Below are positions 20,771 to 34,387 of a stretch of DNA of 64,000 bases, one piece after another. This DNA comes from an uncultured Gemmatimonadales bacterium. GTDB taxonomy: Bacteria > Gemmatimonadota > Gemmatimonadetes > Gemmatimonadales > GWC2-71-9. Location of the stretch: NCBI GenBank assembly GCA_963728915.1, contig CAVSLV010000002.1, forward strand, positions 352,001 through 416,000, written 5' to 3'. The translations under genes were made by a program, and so were the position numbers. The notes under the pieces are model-generated. The model was not told the DNA's origin. It was given only the letters and a program-made list of their open reading frames with translations, and ran no database searches. Every line of letters starts with the position of its first letter. The stretch's first letter is position 1.

Positions 20771-22159
20771 GTGGCCACCAAGCTCACCTTCTGGGGCGCG
20801 GCCGGCCAGGTCACCGGCTCGATGCACCTGATCGAGGCCGCCGGGGCCCGGATCCTCCTCGACGCCGGGCTTTTCCAGGGCCACCGGGCCGAGGCCGCCG
20901 CCTTGAACACGAATCTTCCGTTCGATGCCCGCCGTATCGATGCGGTGGTGCTGAGCCATGCCCATCTCGACCACATCGGCCGGGTGCCGCTGCTGGTTCG
21001 CCACGGCTACCATGGCCCCATCTACGCCACGCCGGCCACCCGGGATCTCTGCGCCGCCATGCTTCCCGACGCGGCCAAGATCCAGGAGAACGACGCCGAG
21101 CACCTGGCCCGCCACGGGAAGAAAAGTCCCGCCAGCGAGCCGCTCTACACCATGGCGGACGCCCTGGCGGCTCAGGATCTCATCGTCGGGCTTCCCTATC
21201 ACCGGATTCACTACCTGCGCAAGAACCTGGCGTTCGAGTACACCGACGCCGGCCACATCCTCGGTTCGGCGTCGGTCGATTTGCGGGTTACCGAGGGAGG
21301 AAACCGCCGCATCGTGTTCTCGGGCGACATCGGACGCTATTCCCTCCCGATCATCCGGGATCCCGATCCGCCCACCGGACCGATGGACGCGCTGATCGTG
21401 GAATCCACCTACGGCAATCGCGACCACGATGCCCTGCTGGGTTCCCGCGACAAGCTCGGTGAGATCGTGAAACGGGTCGCGGCCCGGGGCGGAAAAATCC
21501 TGATCCCCGCCTTCGCGCTGGGCCGCACTCAGGAGCTCCTGTACGCCCTGCACGAGCTCTCCGCGGCCGGCCGGATCCCCGCCCTGCCGATCTATGTGGA
21601 CAGCCCGCTCGCGGTCGAGGTCACCACGGTATTCCGGCTGCACCCCGAGGTGTACGACCAGCGGGAGAACCTGATCGCGAACGCGAACCAGATCTTCCAG
21701 CTTCCCCTGCTGCGGTACGTTCGGAGTGTCGACGAATCACGCGCCCTCAATACCCTTACCGGGCCCGCGATTATCATGGCGGGATCGGGAATGGCGGAGT
21801 CCGGCCGGATTCTCCATCACCTGATCCATCATGGCGGTGATAGCAGGAACTGCATCCTGTTCGTGGGCTTCCAGGCGGAACATACCCTTGGCCGGCGGAT
21901 CGAATCGGGGGCGAAAGAGGTCCGGATTTTCGGTGATCCGCACGAGATTCACGCCGAGGTCGCTAGCTTGAGCGGCTATTCGGCCCACGCCGATCGCACC
22001 GAGCTGCGTCGCTGGGTCCGCCAGCTCGGTGGCCCGATTCGCCGGGCCTTCGTAGTCCACGGGGAGCCGGCGGCGGCGAATGCGATGGCCTCGATCCTCA
22101 AGGAAGAAGGGGTGGCCGAAACGGTGGTCCCCCAGATGGGAGATTCGTTCGACTTGTGA
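20771..22159 (+). CDS. MBL-fold beta-CASP ribonuclease family protein
   Basis: GAAGQVTGS, SHAHLDHIG, AGHILGS, ESTYG and SAHAD. Confidence 0.9.
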   Translation: MATKLTFWGAAGQVTGSMHLIEAAGARILLDAGLFQGHRAEAAALNTNLPFDARRIDAVVLSHAHLDHIGRVPLLVRHGYHGPIYATPATRDLCAAMLPDAAKIQENDAEHLARHGKKSPASEPLYTMADALAAQDLIVGLPYHRIHYLRKNLAFEYTDAGHILGSASVDLRVTEGGNRRIVFSGDIGRYSLPIIRDPDPPTGPMDALIVESTYGNRDHDALLGSRDKLGEIVKRVAARGGKILIPAFALGRTQELLYALHELSAAGRIPALPIYVDSPLAVEVTTVFRLHPEVYDQRENLIANANQIFQLPLLRYVRSVDESRALNTLTGPAIIMAGSGMAESGRILHHLIHHGGDSRNCILFVGFQAEHTLGRRIESGAKEVRIFGDPHEIHAEVASLSGYSAHADRTELRRWVRQLGGPIRRAFVVHGEPAAANAMASILKEEGVAETVVPQMGDSFDL

Positions 22160-22761
22160 AGCGGGTGCTGCGTTGGGCGGGTGGGGTGGCGGGGGTGCTG
22201 GCGGTGGGATACCTGGTCGTTCTCGCCTGGGTTTTCCGGGTAAGTCGCCTCGACCAGCGGGAACCCGCCGACGCCATCGTGGTCCTGGGCGCGGCGCAGT
22301 ACAACGGCCGCCCGTCGCCGGTCCTCAAGGCCAGGCTCGACCATGCGCTGGACCTGTACCGCGCCGGGCTCGCCCCCACCCTGGTGGTGACCGGGGGGAT
22401 CGGGAGCGGGGATCGGATGAGTGAAGCGACCGTGGGCCATCGCTACCTGCGGGCCCACCAGGTTCCCGATTCCGCCATCGTGGTGCGGCCCGACGGAAGA
22501 ACCACCGACGAGTCGATGCAATCGGTGGGAGAATGGATGCACGATCATGAGCACACCCGCATGCTCCTGGTCAGTGACCCCTTCCACATGGCCCGGCTCA
22601 GGCTCGAGGCCCGAAGCACCGGGCTCAAGGTCAGCACCTCTCCGACCCGGACCAGTCCGATCGTGCCGGGCAGCCGCACTGAATTCGGCTATCTTGCCGA
22701 AGAGGCGCTCAAGCTTCCCGTGGCGGCAGTCCATCTGATGTTCCGGAAACCCAAACCATGA
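22156..22761 (+). CDS. YdcF/SanA (DUF218) family protein
   Basis: DAIVVLGAAQY, ARLDHA, VVTGG and VSDPFH. Confidence 0.85.
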   Translation: MKRVLRWAGGVAGVLAVGYLVVLAWVFRVSRLDQREPADAIVVLGAAQYNGRPSPVLKARLDHALDLYRAGLAPTLVVTGGIGSGDRMSEATVGHRYLRAHQVPDSAIVVRPDGRTTDESMQSVGEWMHDHEHTRMLLVSDPFHMARLRLEARSTGLKVSTSPTRTSPIVPGSRTEFGYLAEEALKLPVAAVHLMFRKPKP

Positions 22762-23297
22762 CTTTGCTTCGCGCCGAACGCCGCTACAACGGGCGGATCA
22801 TCAATCTCGACGTGGATACCGTGCGCTTCCCGGACGGGTCGCAGGGAGAGCTGGAGATGATTCGGCATCCCGGGGCCGCGGCGGTGGTGCCCTTCCTCGA
22901 TCCGCCGGGCGGGAACGATCCCCGCATTCTCCTGGTGCACCAGTTCCGCCATGCGGCGGAAGGCTGGTTGTGGGAGGTTCCCGCCGGAACCCTCCGCCAG
23001 GGAGAGCACCCTGACGCCTGCGCGCGGCGTGAGCTCACCGAAGAGGCCGGCGTCGAGGCGAAGCGCCTCACCCGACTGACCACCGTGTTCACGACCCCGG
23101 GATTCACCGACGAGCAAATCCATCTCTACCTGGCGACCGACCTGGTCCCCATGGCGCTGGCCCATGATCAGGACGAGTTCATCACGGTCCACGAGAAGCG
23201 CTGGAGGGAGGTGGGCAGGATGATCCGCACGGGAAAAATCCGCGACGCGAAGAGTCTGTGCGCGCTCATGTACGTCCAATCGTTCGTCCGGAAATAG
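22758..23297 (+). CDS. NUDIX hydrolase (ADP-ribose pyrophosphatase-like)
   Basis: Nudix box EVPAGTL..ACARRELTEEAG and HPGAAAV. Confidence 0.9.
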   Translation: MTLLRAERRYNGRIINLDVDTVRFPDGSQGELEMIRHPGAAAVVPFLDPPGGNDPRILLVHQFRHAAEGWLWEVPAGTLRQGEHPDACARRELTEEAGVEAKRLTRLTTVFTTPGFTDEQIHLYLATDLVPMALAHDQDEFITVHEKRWREVGRMIRTGKIRDAKSLCALMYVQSFVRK

Positions 23298-23303
23298 CCC
23301 CCG

Positions 23304-24368
23304 GTGCCACGCGTCGGCTTCGAAGCCTTCTCGAAACAGCTCAAGCGGGGCGAGATCCCCGCGGCGCTTTACCTCTACGGGGAGGAAGACGTCCTCAAGG
23401 AGGAGGTTGTTCACGCCATCATCGACCGGGTCCTCGATGCCGGCGCCCGCGACTTCAACCTGGACCGAAGAAGCGCCGCGCAGCTCGATCCCGAAACGAT
23501 CGAAACCCTCTGTACCACGCTGCCGATGATGGCGGAGCGGCGCGTGGTCGTCGTGAAGGACGTCGAGGCCTGGGGCAAGCGCGCGAGTGCCCGGTCCGCG
23601 ATGCTCCGTTATCTCGAACGCCCAGTCCCCGAGACCGTCCTGATTCTGGTGCAGGGCGCGCCGCGCCGCGATGAACGGGAACAGGAGGACGCCGACCTTT
23701 CCCGGCTCGCGACCGCGGTCCAGATGGACGCGTATCCGCCCCGACTCGCGGAGAAGTGGGTCTTGAAACGGGCGCTGGACCGCGGGATCGCGTTGACTCC
23801 TGAGGCAGCGGCCCACCTGGTCCGCGCCGTCCAGGGCTCACTGGGCGCGGCCCGGAGCGAGCTCGACAAGCTCGCCGGCCTCGGCGCCACGGAGCCGATC
23901 GGGGTCGAAACCCTCGCGGGCATGTTGGGGATCAGGCGGGGTGAGACCCCGGACGACTGGTGCGAAGCGGTGATCGAAGACCGCACTGGCCCGGCGTGCG
24001 AGATGCTGCCCCACGTCCTCGCCTCTCCCGGGGTCTCCGGTGCCTCGCTGCTGATCCAGCTCGGGACCCACCTCATCGGCCTGGGGGTGGCGCGGAGCGC
24101 CTTCGAAACGGGAAGCCGGGGTGGCGCGCTCGAACGGGCGGTGTTTGGTTCCCTGCTTCGCGCTCGCCCTCCCCGGCTCGACTACCGGGCTGCTTCGGCG
24201 CTCTGGTCCCGGGTGATCGCGCCGTGGCCCCTCGAAAGAATCGGCGGGGCCATTCGTGCGGCCCGAGAAGCCGATCGCCGGCTCAAGTCGACCACCGTGT
24301 CCGATGAGCGGGGAATCCTGGTCGACTTGCTGATGGAGATTTCGCCGATGATCGGAGCGGCCGCGTGA
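23304..24368 (+). CDS. holA: DNA polymerase III subunit delta
   Basis: LYLYGEE, TLPMMAERRVVVVKD and ELDKL. Confidence 0.82.
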   Translation: MPRVGFEAFSKQLKRGEIPAALYLYGEEDVLKEEVVHAIIDRVLDAGARDFNLDRRSAAQLDPETIETLCTTLPMMAERRVVVVKDVEAWGKRASARSAMLRYLERPVPETVLILVQGAPRRDEREQEDADLSRLATAVQMDAYPPRLAEKWVLKRALDRGIALTPEAAAHLVRAVQGSLGAARSELDKLAGLGATEPIGVETLAGMLGIRRGETPDDWCEAVIEDRTGPACEMLPHVLASPGVSGASLLIQLGTHLIGLGVARSAFETGSRGGALERAVFGSLLRARPPRLDYRAASALWSRVIAPWPLERIGGAIRAAREADRRLKSTTVSDERGILVDLLMEISPMIGAAA

Positions 24369-25264
24369 GACACCTTCGACTTCCGGCCATCGCGGCCTTC
24401 CTGTTGCTCGCCGTATCCAGTCGGGATCTCCGGGCCCAGAACGACCCCCGTCTCGTGGCGGCGGTGCGTCTCGCTCATGACGGCATGTCCGATTCGGCCC
24501 GGAGCGTGGTGGGGCGAATGCTCGCGGCGACCGAACCCACCGATTCCATCTATCCCGAAGTGCTCTACACCGCCGGCATTCTCGCCTCCACCGAGCGGGA
24601 TCGCCGGCTGGCGTTTCGCCGGGTGGTGGTGGAATACGCCCAATCCGACTGGGCGGACGATGCGTTGCTTCAGCTCGCGCAGCTGGACTATGCCGCGGGA
24701 AACCCCGAGGGGACCGTGCACCAGGTGGAGCAGCTCATTCGCGACTATCCCGAGAGCCCCCTCCAGGCCGGCGCCTCCCTGTGGGGCTCCCGTGCCGCCA
24801 ATGACCGGCGCGATCCCGCGACGGGATGCCGACTCGCTGATCTGGGCCTGGCGGCGGTGGGCAGCGACGTCGAGCTCCGGAATCAGCTCGAGTTCCAGCG
24901 GCAACGCTGCCGCAGCCTGGGCGCGATGCAGGCGGAGGCCGTGCGCGCCGCCGCGGAAGACTCCGCCACGAAAGCCCGCGCCGATTCCGCTGCCAAAGCC
25001 CGAGGCGGGCCTCCCGCAGGGAAACCGCAGCCTCCCAAGCGCGACGGTTTCTTCGTCCAGCTCTCCGCGGTCGGCACTCAGGCGGCGGCCAACGCCGAAG
25101 TGGCACGGTTCCGGGGTGCGGGGTTCACACCGGTCATCGTCCGCGAAAGCGGGCTCTTCAAGATCCGGATCGGACCGTACGCGACCCGCGGTGAAGCGGA
25201 TACGGCGCTCACGCGGGCCCGGGGTCGGTTCGGGGGCCGGCCCTTCGTGGTCCACGTCCCGTGA
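24365..25264 (+). CDS. Secreted TPR + SPOR-domain protein
   Basis: Signal peptide, helical repeats, and C-terminal FFVQLSA...IRIGPY SPOR motif. Confidence 0.8.
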   Translation: MRHLRLPAIAAFLLLAVSSRDLRAQNDPRLVAAVRLAHDGMSDSARSVVGRMLAATEPTDSIYPEVLYTAGILASTERDRRLAFRRVVVEYAQSDWADDALLQLAQLDYAAGNPEGTVHQVEQLIRDYPESPLQAGASLWGSRAANDRRDPATGCRLADLGLAAVGSDVELRNQLEFQRQRCRSLGAMQAEAVRAAAEDSATKARADSAAKARGGPPAGKPQPPKRDGFFVQLSAVGTQAAANAEVARFRGAGFTPVIVRESGLFKIRIGPYATRGEADTALTRARGRFGGRPFVVHVP

Positions 25265-27842
25265 GCGTCGCGCTCTCCGAAAACACCCCCCTGCTCCAGC
25301 AGTACCGCGAGATCAAGGCGCGGCATCGCGACGCCATCCTGTTTTTCCGGATGGGCGACTTCTACGAGATGTTCTTCGACGACGCCGAGCTCGCCTCCCG
25401 CGCGCTCAGCATCACGCTCACCTCGCGAGGTGACGGGGTCCCGCTGGCCGGCGTGCCGGTCAAGGCGGCCGGGGAATACCTCAAACAGTTGGTCAGCCAG
25501 GGACACCGGGTCGCGATCTGCGAGCAGGTGGAAGATCCTCGCCAGGCCCGCGGGATCGTGCGGCGGGAAGTGGTCGAGACGGTAACCCCGGGCGCCCTGC
25601 TCGAGGATGGCTGGGTGGCAGGGGGCCGAAACAACTGGATCGTCGCAATCCACCATGAGGGCTCCCCGTCGATCGGCCTCGCCGCCATCGACTTGACCAC
25701 CGGCGAGTTTCTCCTCGAAACCACCGGCCCGGACGGTGTCGTTGACGCCCTGGGACGGCTCGGTCCCTCCGAAGTCGTGATCGCCGCGAACCGGGAGAGC
25801 CCTCTGGACGGCCCGCTCTGCACCAAGCGTGAGCCCTGGGAGTTCGATGCTTCACTGGCCGGCTCGGAGCTGGCCCAGCGGTTCCGCCTCGCCTCGATCG
25901 ATGGCTTGGGGTTCTCGGCGTCAGATGCGCCGGCCCTGGGGGCGGCGGGAGCGCTTCTCCGTTATCTCGCGGATCTCAAGCCTGGCGGTCTTCCCCACTT
26001 GGCGCGGCCCGTGGCACGCCGCTCCGGCGATCTCCTCTGGATCGACGAGATGACCCGGCGGAATCTCGAGCTGGTCGAGCCCCTTCGCGCCGGCGCGAGA
26101 GGGGTGACCCTCCTCGAGGCCATCGACCGGACCGTCACGCCCATGGGAGCGCGCCTGCTCCGCGCCTGGCTGCTGTCCCCGCTGTGCGATCCGACCGCCA
26201 TCAACGAACGACTCGACGCCGTGGAAACGACGGTCCAGGCATCCCCGGAACGAGGTGTCGCGCGGAGCGCCCTCGACGGCGTCCGGGATCTCGAGCGGCT
26301 GGGCGGTCGCGCCGCGGCGGGAAGGGCGACTCCCCGGGAGCTGGCTGCGCTACGCGATTCGTTCGCCCGTCTGCCCGAAGTCCGTCAGGCGCTCGAAGCC
26401 CTGAGTCGTACCGGCGCCTCGACCCTGCTCGGCGGGCTGGTCCGCGACTTCGACCCGCTCGGCGACCTGCACGATCTGCTCGCCGCGGCGCTCTCCGAGC
26501 GCCCGCCCGCGCTGCTCACGGAAGGCGGAGTGATCCGAGCGGGTTATGACGAAGAGCTGGATGTGCTGAGGTCCCTCCGGGACGGCGGCAAGCAACACAT
26601 CGCCGCCATTCAGCAGCGGGAGCGGGACCGCACCGGGATCCCATCGCTCAAGGTGGGCTACAACAAGGTGTTCGGTTACTACCTCGAGATCACCAACCCC
26701 CACCTGCCCCGGGTTCCCGGCGACTACGAGCGCCGCCAGACCCTCGCCACGGCCGAGCGGTTCGTCACTCCCGAGCTCAAGGAATACGAATCGAAAGTGC
26801 TGGGGGCCGAGGAGCGCATCGCGACCCGGGAAGCGGAGATCTTCACCGCGCTGCGGCACCAGGTCGGCGCTGAGGTCGCGCGGATTCAGGGCGTCGCCCG
26901 CGGCCTCGCCCGGCTCGACGTGGTCATCGGGCTGGCCGAGATCGCGGTGGCGAACCGGTACGTCCGGCCCCGGGTCGAGGACGGATTCCATCTTGATTTC
27001 AAGGCCTCTCGTCATCCCGTGCTGGAGCGCCTCATGGCGCGCGAGGCCTTCATGCCGAACGACGTGCATTTCGATCAGGCAGCCCGGGTTCAGCTGGTGA
27101 CCGGCCCGAACATGGCGGGCAAGAGCACCATTCTCCGGCAGATCGGCCTGGTGGTCATCCTCGCCCAGATGGGCAGCTTCGTTCCCTGCGAAGCCGCGAC
27201 GATCGGCGTCGTGGATCGCCTCTTCACCCGGGTAGGCGCGTCCGATAACCTCGCCCGCGGGCAATCCACTTTCATGGTGGAGATGAGCGAGACCAGCGCC
27301 ATCCTTCACGCCGCCACGGCCCGTTCCCTGGTGCTGCTGGACGAGATCGGCCGGGGAACTTCAACCTACGATGGCGTGGCCATCGCCTGGGCGGTGACCG
27401 AGTACCTCCACGACCGGATCGGCTGCAAGACCATGTTCGCCACCCACTACCACGAGCTGATGCAGCTGCCCGAGCGGCTCGAACACGCCAGGAATCTCAA
27501 CGTGGCGGTGCGGGAAGCGAACGGGAAAGTCCTGTTTCTCCACCGGCTGGAGCCGGGTGGCACCGATCGGAGTTACGGCATTCACGTGGCCGAGTTGGCC
27601 GGTTTGCCCCAGAACGTGGTGCGGCGCGCCACCGCCATTCTCGAGACGCTGGAGGGGGAACATCGGGTCGTCCCGGGGACGCCCCCCCAGGCTCCCGACC
27701 CCGGTCAGCTCGCGCTCTTTCAGGACCGTCCGCCGCATCCGGCGCTCGAGGAGCTGCGCCATCTCGACCTCGACCAGCTTACCCCGCTGGATGCCCTGAA
27801 CCGTCTCGCTGAGCTCCAGCGACGCGCTGGAACCGACCAGCG

Positions 27843-27846
<4 letters not shown>
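25261..27846 (+). CDS. mutS: DNA mismatch repair protein MutS
   Basis: FRMGDFYE, GPNMAGKST, STFMVEM, DEIGRG and ATHYHEL. Confidence 0.97.
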
Positions 27847-30087
<2,241 letters not shown>

Positions 30088-30123
30088 ATCTTGTGCCGCA
30101 CGAGACATGACGTATCTTGTCCC

Positions 30124-31068
30124 GTGCTCATCGATCTAGTCCCCGACTTCCTCGACATTTTCAAACATCCCGATCCGAAGGCGGCGTACGCCCGCTATTT
30201 CGACAGTCATCGTCCGCTGTTGTCCGCCTACTGGAACAACTACGTGCTCGACCCCGAAAGCCCGCATGCGGACGAAGTCGTCCAGGCGGTCGTGCGGGCG
30301 GATCGAAGCGATCTGCTGGACTTGCTCACCAGCGTCGACGTGGCTCGGATCGTGGAAGAGGCGCTCCATCGCGCCGAAGACCTGCTCCAGGCGGATCGTC
30401 CCGTCGATTGCCTGCTCATGGTGGGGGTCGGCGCCGCCAACGCGGGCGAGCTGGTCGTGAACGGCCGGGGCATTGCGTTCATTTGCCTGGAACATTTCAC
30501 CGGGCGGGTCAACCCCGAGACCTTCGGGCTGGGACTCTCGCCGGAGATGCTTCCGCTCTGGGTCGCCCACGAGATCGCCCACGCGGTTCGCTATACCTCG
30601 CCCGGAAGCCGGAGCGAGCTGCGGCGGCTGGTCACCGAGGCGGGGGGATACTACGACTACTGGACCACCGGGAGCCGGGCGACCCTCCGGGAACATCTCC
30701 TGAACGAAGGTCTCGCGGTGCATGCCTCTCGCGAGGTCGCCCCGGGCTTCGACCAGGCCGATTACTTCGGCTGCACCCGGCGCCAGTACCAGCGCCTCCG
30801 CGAGCTGGAATCGTTCCTCCGCCGAGCCGCGCATCACGACCTCGACCGCACTGGGCTCGGGCTCCGGCTCAAGTTCCTGTCGGGCGGCATGAGCGCCTCC
30901 GCTCGCCTCGCCCTGGGACGCGTGCTGCCGGAGCGTTCCGGGTATTACCTCGGTTACCGGATGGCGGAGCCGCTCGTCGCGGCCCAGGGGATCGCCACCG
31001 CGCTCCGGGCTCCGGTTGAGGAGTTCCAGAGCTTCGAGGACGAGGCCCTGGGGTTCCGGACCGCCTAG
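30124..31068 (+). CDS. Putative zinc metallopeptidase (DUF2268-like gluzincin)
   Basis: HEIAH...NEGLA and GYYLGY. Confidence 0.65.
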   Translation: MLIDLVPDFLDIFKHPDPKAAYARYFDSHRPLLSAYWNNYVLDPESPHADEVVQAVVRADRSDLLDLLTSVDVARIVEEALHRAEDLLQADRPVDCLLMVGVGAANAGELVVNGRGIAFICLEHFTGRVNPETFGLGLSPEMLPLWVAHEIAHAVRYTSPGSRSELRRLVTEAGGYYDYWTTGSRATLREHLLNEGLAVHASREVAPGFDQADYFGCTRRQYQRLRELESFLRRAAHHDLDRTGLGLRLKFLSGGMSASARLALGRVLPERSGYYLGYRMAEPLVAAQGIATALRAPVEEFQSFEDEALGFRTA

Positions 31069-31107
31069 ATCGAATCGTTTGCCCGGCTGCGACGCCTATA
31101 TTCCGGG

Positions 31108-31308
31108 ATGGAAAACACCACCACCACTCCCGTCACCATCACCCTCAAACCCGCGGGGCCGATCGTCATCGAAGGTCCGGTGACGATCCTGAACAACGCG
31201 GGCGATCCGATCGAGCCGCCCCCGACCAAGATCCCCGGGCAAATCAAGTTGTGCGGTTGCGGATTCAGCAAGAATCGCCCTTTTTGTGACGGGAGTCACA
31301 AGCGGTAG
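31108..31308 (+). CDS. CDGSH iron-sulfur domain protein
   Basis: LCGCGFSKNRPFCDGSH. Confidence 0.9.
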   Translation: MENTTTTPVTITLKPAGPIVIEGPVTILNNAGDPIEPPPTKIPGQIKLCGCGFSKNRPFCDGSHKR

Positions 31309-31314
31309 CGGCGA

Positions 31315-32673
31315 CTATTTCCCCACGCAAAATCGTTCGAACACCCGGCCAAGCACCTCGTCGGGATGCACTACCCCGATGAGCTCGTCCAGCGCGTCCA
31401 CCGCGTTGCGAACATGGTGCGCGGCCAGCACCGCGTCCCCGGTGGATCCGAGCTCGGGTCCGGCCGCCCGCAACGACGATTCCGCCCGGGCAAGCGCGAT
31501 GCGGTGCCGTTCGCGGGTGAGCATCGGAGCCAGGTCGGCATACCCTCCTCCCCCTTCAAACAGACGCCCGGCGATCGCGGCGCGAAGCTGGCCCAGCCCT
31601 TCGCCGCTCACCGCGGACACCGGGATCCCGTCCTCGCTTTCGCGCTCGGGAATCGGGACCAGATCGGTCTTGGTCCGGACCAGAAGACAGGGGTGCTCCT
31701 CCAGTATCCGCCGCTCTTCATTCGCCACCAGGCGACCCGATTCGACGCACAACAGGAGCAAATCGGCGGCGCGGAGGTACCGTCGGCTCACTTCGATGCC
31801 CATCCGCTCGAGTCGTTCGTCGGCATCACGAAGCCCGGCGGTATCGGCCAGCCGGACCGGCCAGCCATGAGCCTCGGTATGCGCTTCGATGGTATCCCGA
31901 GTCGTTCCCGGGATTTCGGTGACCAGCGCCCGTTCGGTTCCCAGCAAGGCGTTGAACAGGGATGACTTTCCCGTGTTGGGGCGGCCGGCGAGAACCACGA
32001 GCGCCCCTTCTCTGAGCCGCTCGCCAGCGGGGGCGGTGGCGAGGAGCAGTCCGACCTGCTCGATCGCTGCGTCGAGCCGCTCGACGATCCGCTCGGTCTG
32101 AATCGGACCGTCGTCTTCTTCGGGAAAGTCGATGTCGTAGGAGAAGAGCGCCAGCAGGTCCAGCAGGCGTTCCCGGAGCTCCTGCAATCGGCGCGAGAGG
32201 CCGCCATCGAGCTGATAGAGCGCTGCTCTTGCCTGGGCCGGCGCACTTGCGTCGATCAGATCCCCGATGGCCTCGGCTTGCAGCAGATCCAGCTTCCCGT
32301 GCAGGACGGCTCGGCGAGTGAATTCGCCGGGTGCGGCCGGGCGAGCCCCTGCGGCATGGAGCGCCGAAAGGATCTGGGCCGGGACCATGAGCCCGCCGTG
32401 GCTGGCGATCTCCACCAGGTCTTCTCCGGTGTAGCTCTCCGGATTCCGGTAGAGGGTGACGATGGCCTGATCGATCGGCACGCCATCGGGTCCGACCACC
32501 CGGGCGAGCGTGGCGCGGCGTGCCTCGAGGGATGAGAGGGAAAGCGGTTGCCCACCAGGGCGTCGAATCACCCGCTCTGCCGTTTCGATGGCGCCCTGCC
32601 CGGAAAGCCGGATCACCGCGATGCCTGACCGGCCCGGCGTAGTGGAGAGGGCGGCAATCACGTCGCCGAGCAA
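31315..32673 (-). CDS. mnmE: tRNA modification GTPase MnmE
   Basis: SYTGED, GRPNTGKSS, GTTRD, DTAG and C-terminal FCVGK; TTG start inferred. Confidence 0.95.
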   Translation of the reverse strand: MLGDVIAALSTTPGRSGIAVIRLSGQGAIETAERVIRRPGGQPLSLSSLEARRATLARVVGPDGVPIDQAIVTLYRNPESYTGEDLVEIASHGGLMVPAQILSALHAAGARPAAPGEFTRRAVLHGKLDLLQAEAIGDLIDASAPAQARAALYQLDGGLSRRLQELRERLLDLLALFSYDIDFPEEDDGPIQTERIVERLDAAIEQVGLLLATAPAGERLREGALVVLAGRPNTGKSSLFNALLGTERALVTEIPGTTRDTIEAHTEAHGWPVRLADTAGLRDADERLERMGIEVSRRYLRAADLLLLCVESGRLVANEERRILEEHPCLLVRTKTDLVPIPERESEDGIPVSAVSGEGLGQLRAAIAGRLFEGGGGYADLAPMLTRERHRIALARAESSLRAAGPELGSTGDAVLAAHHVRNAVDALDELIGVVHPDEVLGRVFERFCVGK

Positions 32674-32675
32674 GG

Positions 32676-34379
32676 CTAGCGCCCCTTTCTGTCGCCCTTC
32701 CTTGCGGGAGCAGGAACCGGCGGCGCCGCGATTCCCCGGCGGCGACGTTCCTTGACGAGCATCCACTGCTGGGGAAGGCTCGCCAGGTTCATGACCGCGT
32801 AGTAGAGATTGAGGCCGGAGGCGAACCGGAGAAACAGAAACGTCATGAATCCCGGCATCAGGTACATCATCATCTTGGTCTGGGGATTGGGCGGCATCCC
32901 CCGGGATCCGATCCAGCTCAAGAGAAACATCGAAAGGCCCATGAAAACCGGGATGACGTAGGTCGGATCGGGTCGTGACAGGTCGGGCAACCAGAGGAAC
33001 GACGCTCCCCGAAGCTCGATGGTGTTCTGAAAAACGAAGAAGAAGGCGATCAGAATGGGCCATGGCAGGAGCATCGGCCAGCACCCGCCGAACGGGTTCA
33101 CGTTGTGTTCTTTGTAGAGCTTGAACATCTCCTGCTGCTGCTTCTGGGGCTCGCCCTTGTGCTTCTCCTGGAGCTCCTTGATCATCGGCTGGATCGCCTG
33201 CATGGCCATGGTGGAGCGCATCGCCTTCTGATTGAGCGGCCACAGCAGAATGCGGATCGCGACACCAAAGAGGATCAGGCCGAGGCCGTACGCGAGCCCG
33301 AGGCGATCGTGCAACCACACCAGCAGCGAGCGCGCCCCCAGCGCGACTGGACGAATGATCGTACGGATCCCCGGCCAGCCGTAGGGGTTCACATCGTCGA
33401 AATCGTGGCCGATGGCGCGGAGCCGGGGATATTCCATCGGGCCGGCATAGACCTGATAGTGGAAGGCGCCGCTCGGGGCCACCGGAAGCCCGATCCGGAT
33501 GGTCGCCACGGTCGGGGTACGGTGAAGCACGTCATCGGTGAGGGCACTCCCGCCGCTGATCCCGCCCAGGCGCCCGGTCTCCAGGGTGTCGAGCGCCAGG
33601 ACCGCCGTCATGAAGTACTTGGACTTCACCGCCACCCATTCGAACGGTCCGCTGAACAGGACCGGCTGCCCCGGCTTGAGTCTGCCGAAACGAGTCAGGC
33701 TCGCCTTGCCATCCTTGACGACGACGCCGAGCTCCCGGAAATGCTCGACGCTGTCGGCCTCGCTGTTCCGGAGGCCGGGACCCATCCCGAGAAGAAGGGT
33801 TCCTCCCTCGACCCCGAGACCCCGGACCTCTCCGACCGCATCGAACAGATACCGGTCGGGCTCGAAGGTGTACGTGACCGAAAGCCCAACCCCGCGCTCT
33901 TCGGTGGTGAAGGTGAGGGAGGTCGGCCCGGAAACGTTGAGCGACCTGGACGACGGGACGAATGGACGGTCACGGAATGTGATGGTGTCGCGCCCGACCA
34001 TGAGACCGGGAGACAGCAGATCGCTCTCGGGTCGGAGAATCTGGGCGTGCTGGCCCCGCTCGTCCGGACGCATCGACGGATACTGCTTGAGCTCCGCCGA
34101 GATCATCCGGGCGCCGCGGGTGCTGAAGCGGAACCGGTAGATCGGGCTCTCCACCACGACCGTGTCTTCCGGAGCGGCGGGCGCGGCGGCGGAGGCCGGC
34201 GGCGCGCTGGGAGGCGCGACGGTTTGAGGTGTGACCGGGCGGAGGGTGTCGGCTGAGGGCCGCAGCGTCGTGTCGATGACCGCGCCGATCGGGGGTCGGG
34301 CCGGTCGCTTGAGAAACAGCGCCGGGACCACCAGGACGGCCATCATCAATAAGACGGCGAGAATGACTTTGCGATCCAT
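32676..34379 (-). CDS. yidC: Membrane protein insertase YidC
   Basis: NPFGGCWP, FLWLPDLS and ASGLNLY; conserved synteny. Confidence 0.95.
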   Translation of the reverse strand: MDRKVILAVLLMMAVLVVPALFLKRPARPPIGAVIDTTLRPSADTLRPVTPQTVAPPSAPPASAAAPAAPEDTVVVESPIYRFRFSTRGARMISAELKQYPSMRPDERGQHAQILRPESDLLSPGLMVGRDTITFRDRPFVPSSRSLNVSGPTSLTFTTEERGVGLSVTYTFEPDRYLFDAVGEVRGLGVEGGTLLLGMGPGLRNSEADSVEHFRELGVVVKDGKASLTRFGRLKPGQPVLFSGPFEWVAVKSKYFMTAVLALDTLETGRLGGISGGSALTDDVLHRTPTVATIRIGLPVAPSGAFHYQVYAGPMEYPRLRAIGHDFDDVNPYGWPGIRTIIRPVALGARSLLVWLHDRLGLAYGLGLILFGVAIRILLWPLNQKAMRSTMAMQAIQPMIKELQEKHKGEPQKQQQEMFKLYKEHNVNPFGGCWPMLLPWPILIAFFFVFQNTIELRGASFLWLPDLSRPDPTYVIPVFMGLSMFLLSWIGSRGMPPNPQTKMMMYLMPGFMTFLFLRFASGLNLYYAVMNLASLPQQWMLVKERRRRGIAAPPVPAPARKGDRKGR

Positions 34380-34387
34380 GATGTCGC

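Noticed and set aside
31315..33318. 667-aa extended MnmE from the ORF track
   Set aside because: The extension overlaps yidC in another frame. The MnmE-like sequence begins at ~32673.
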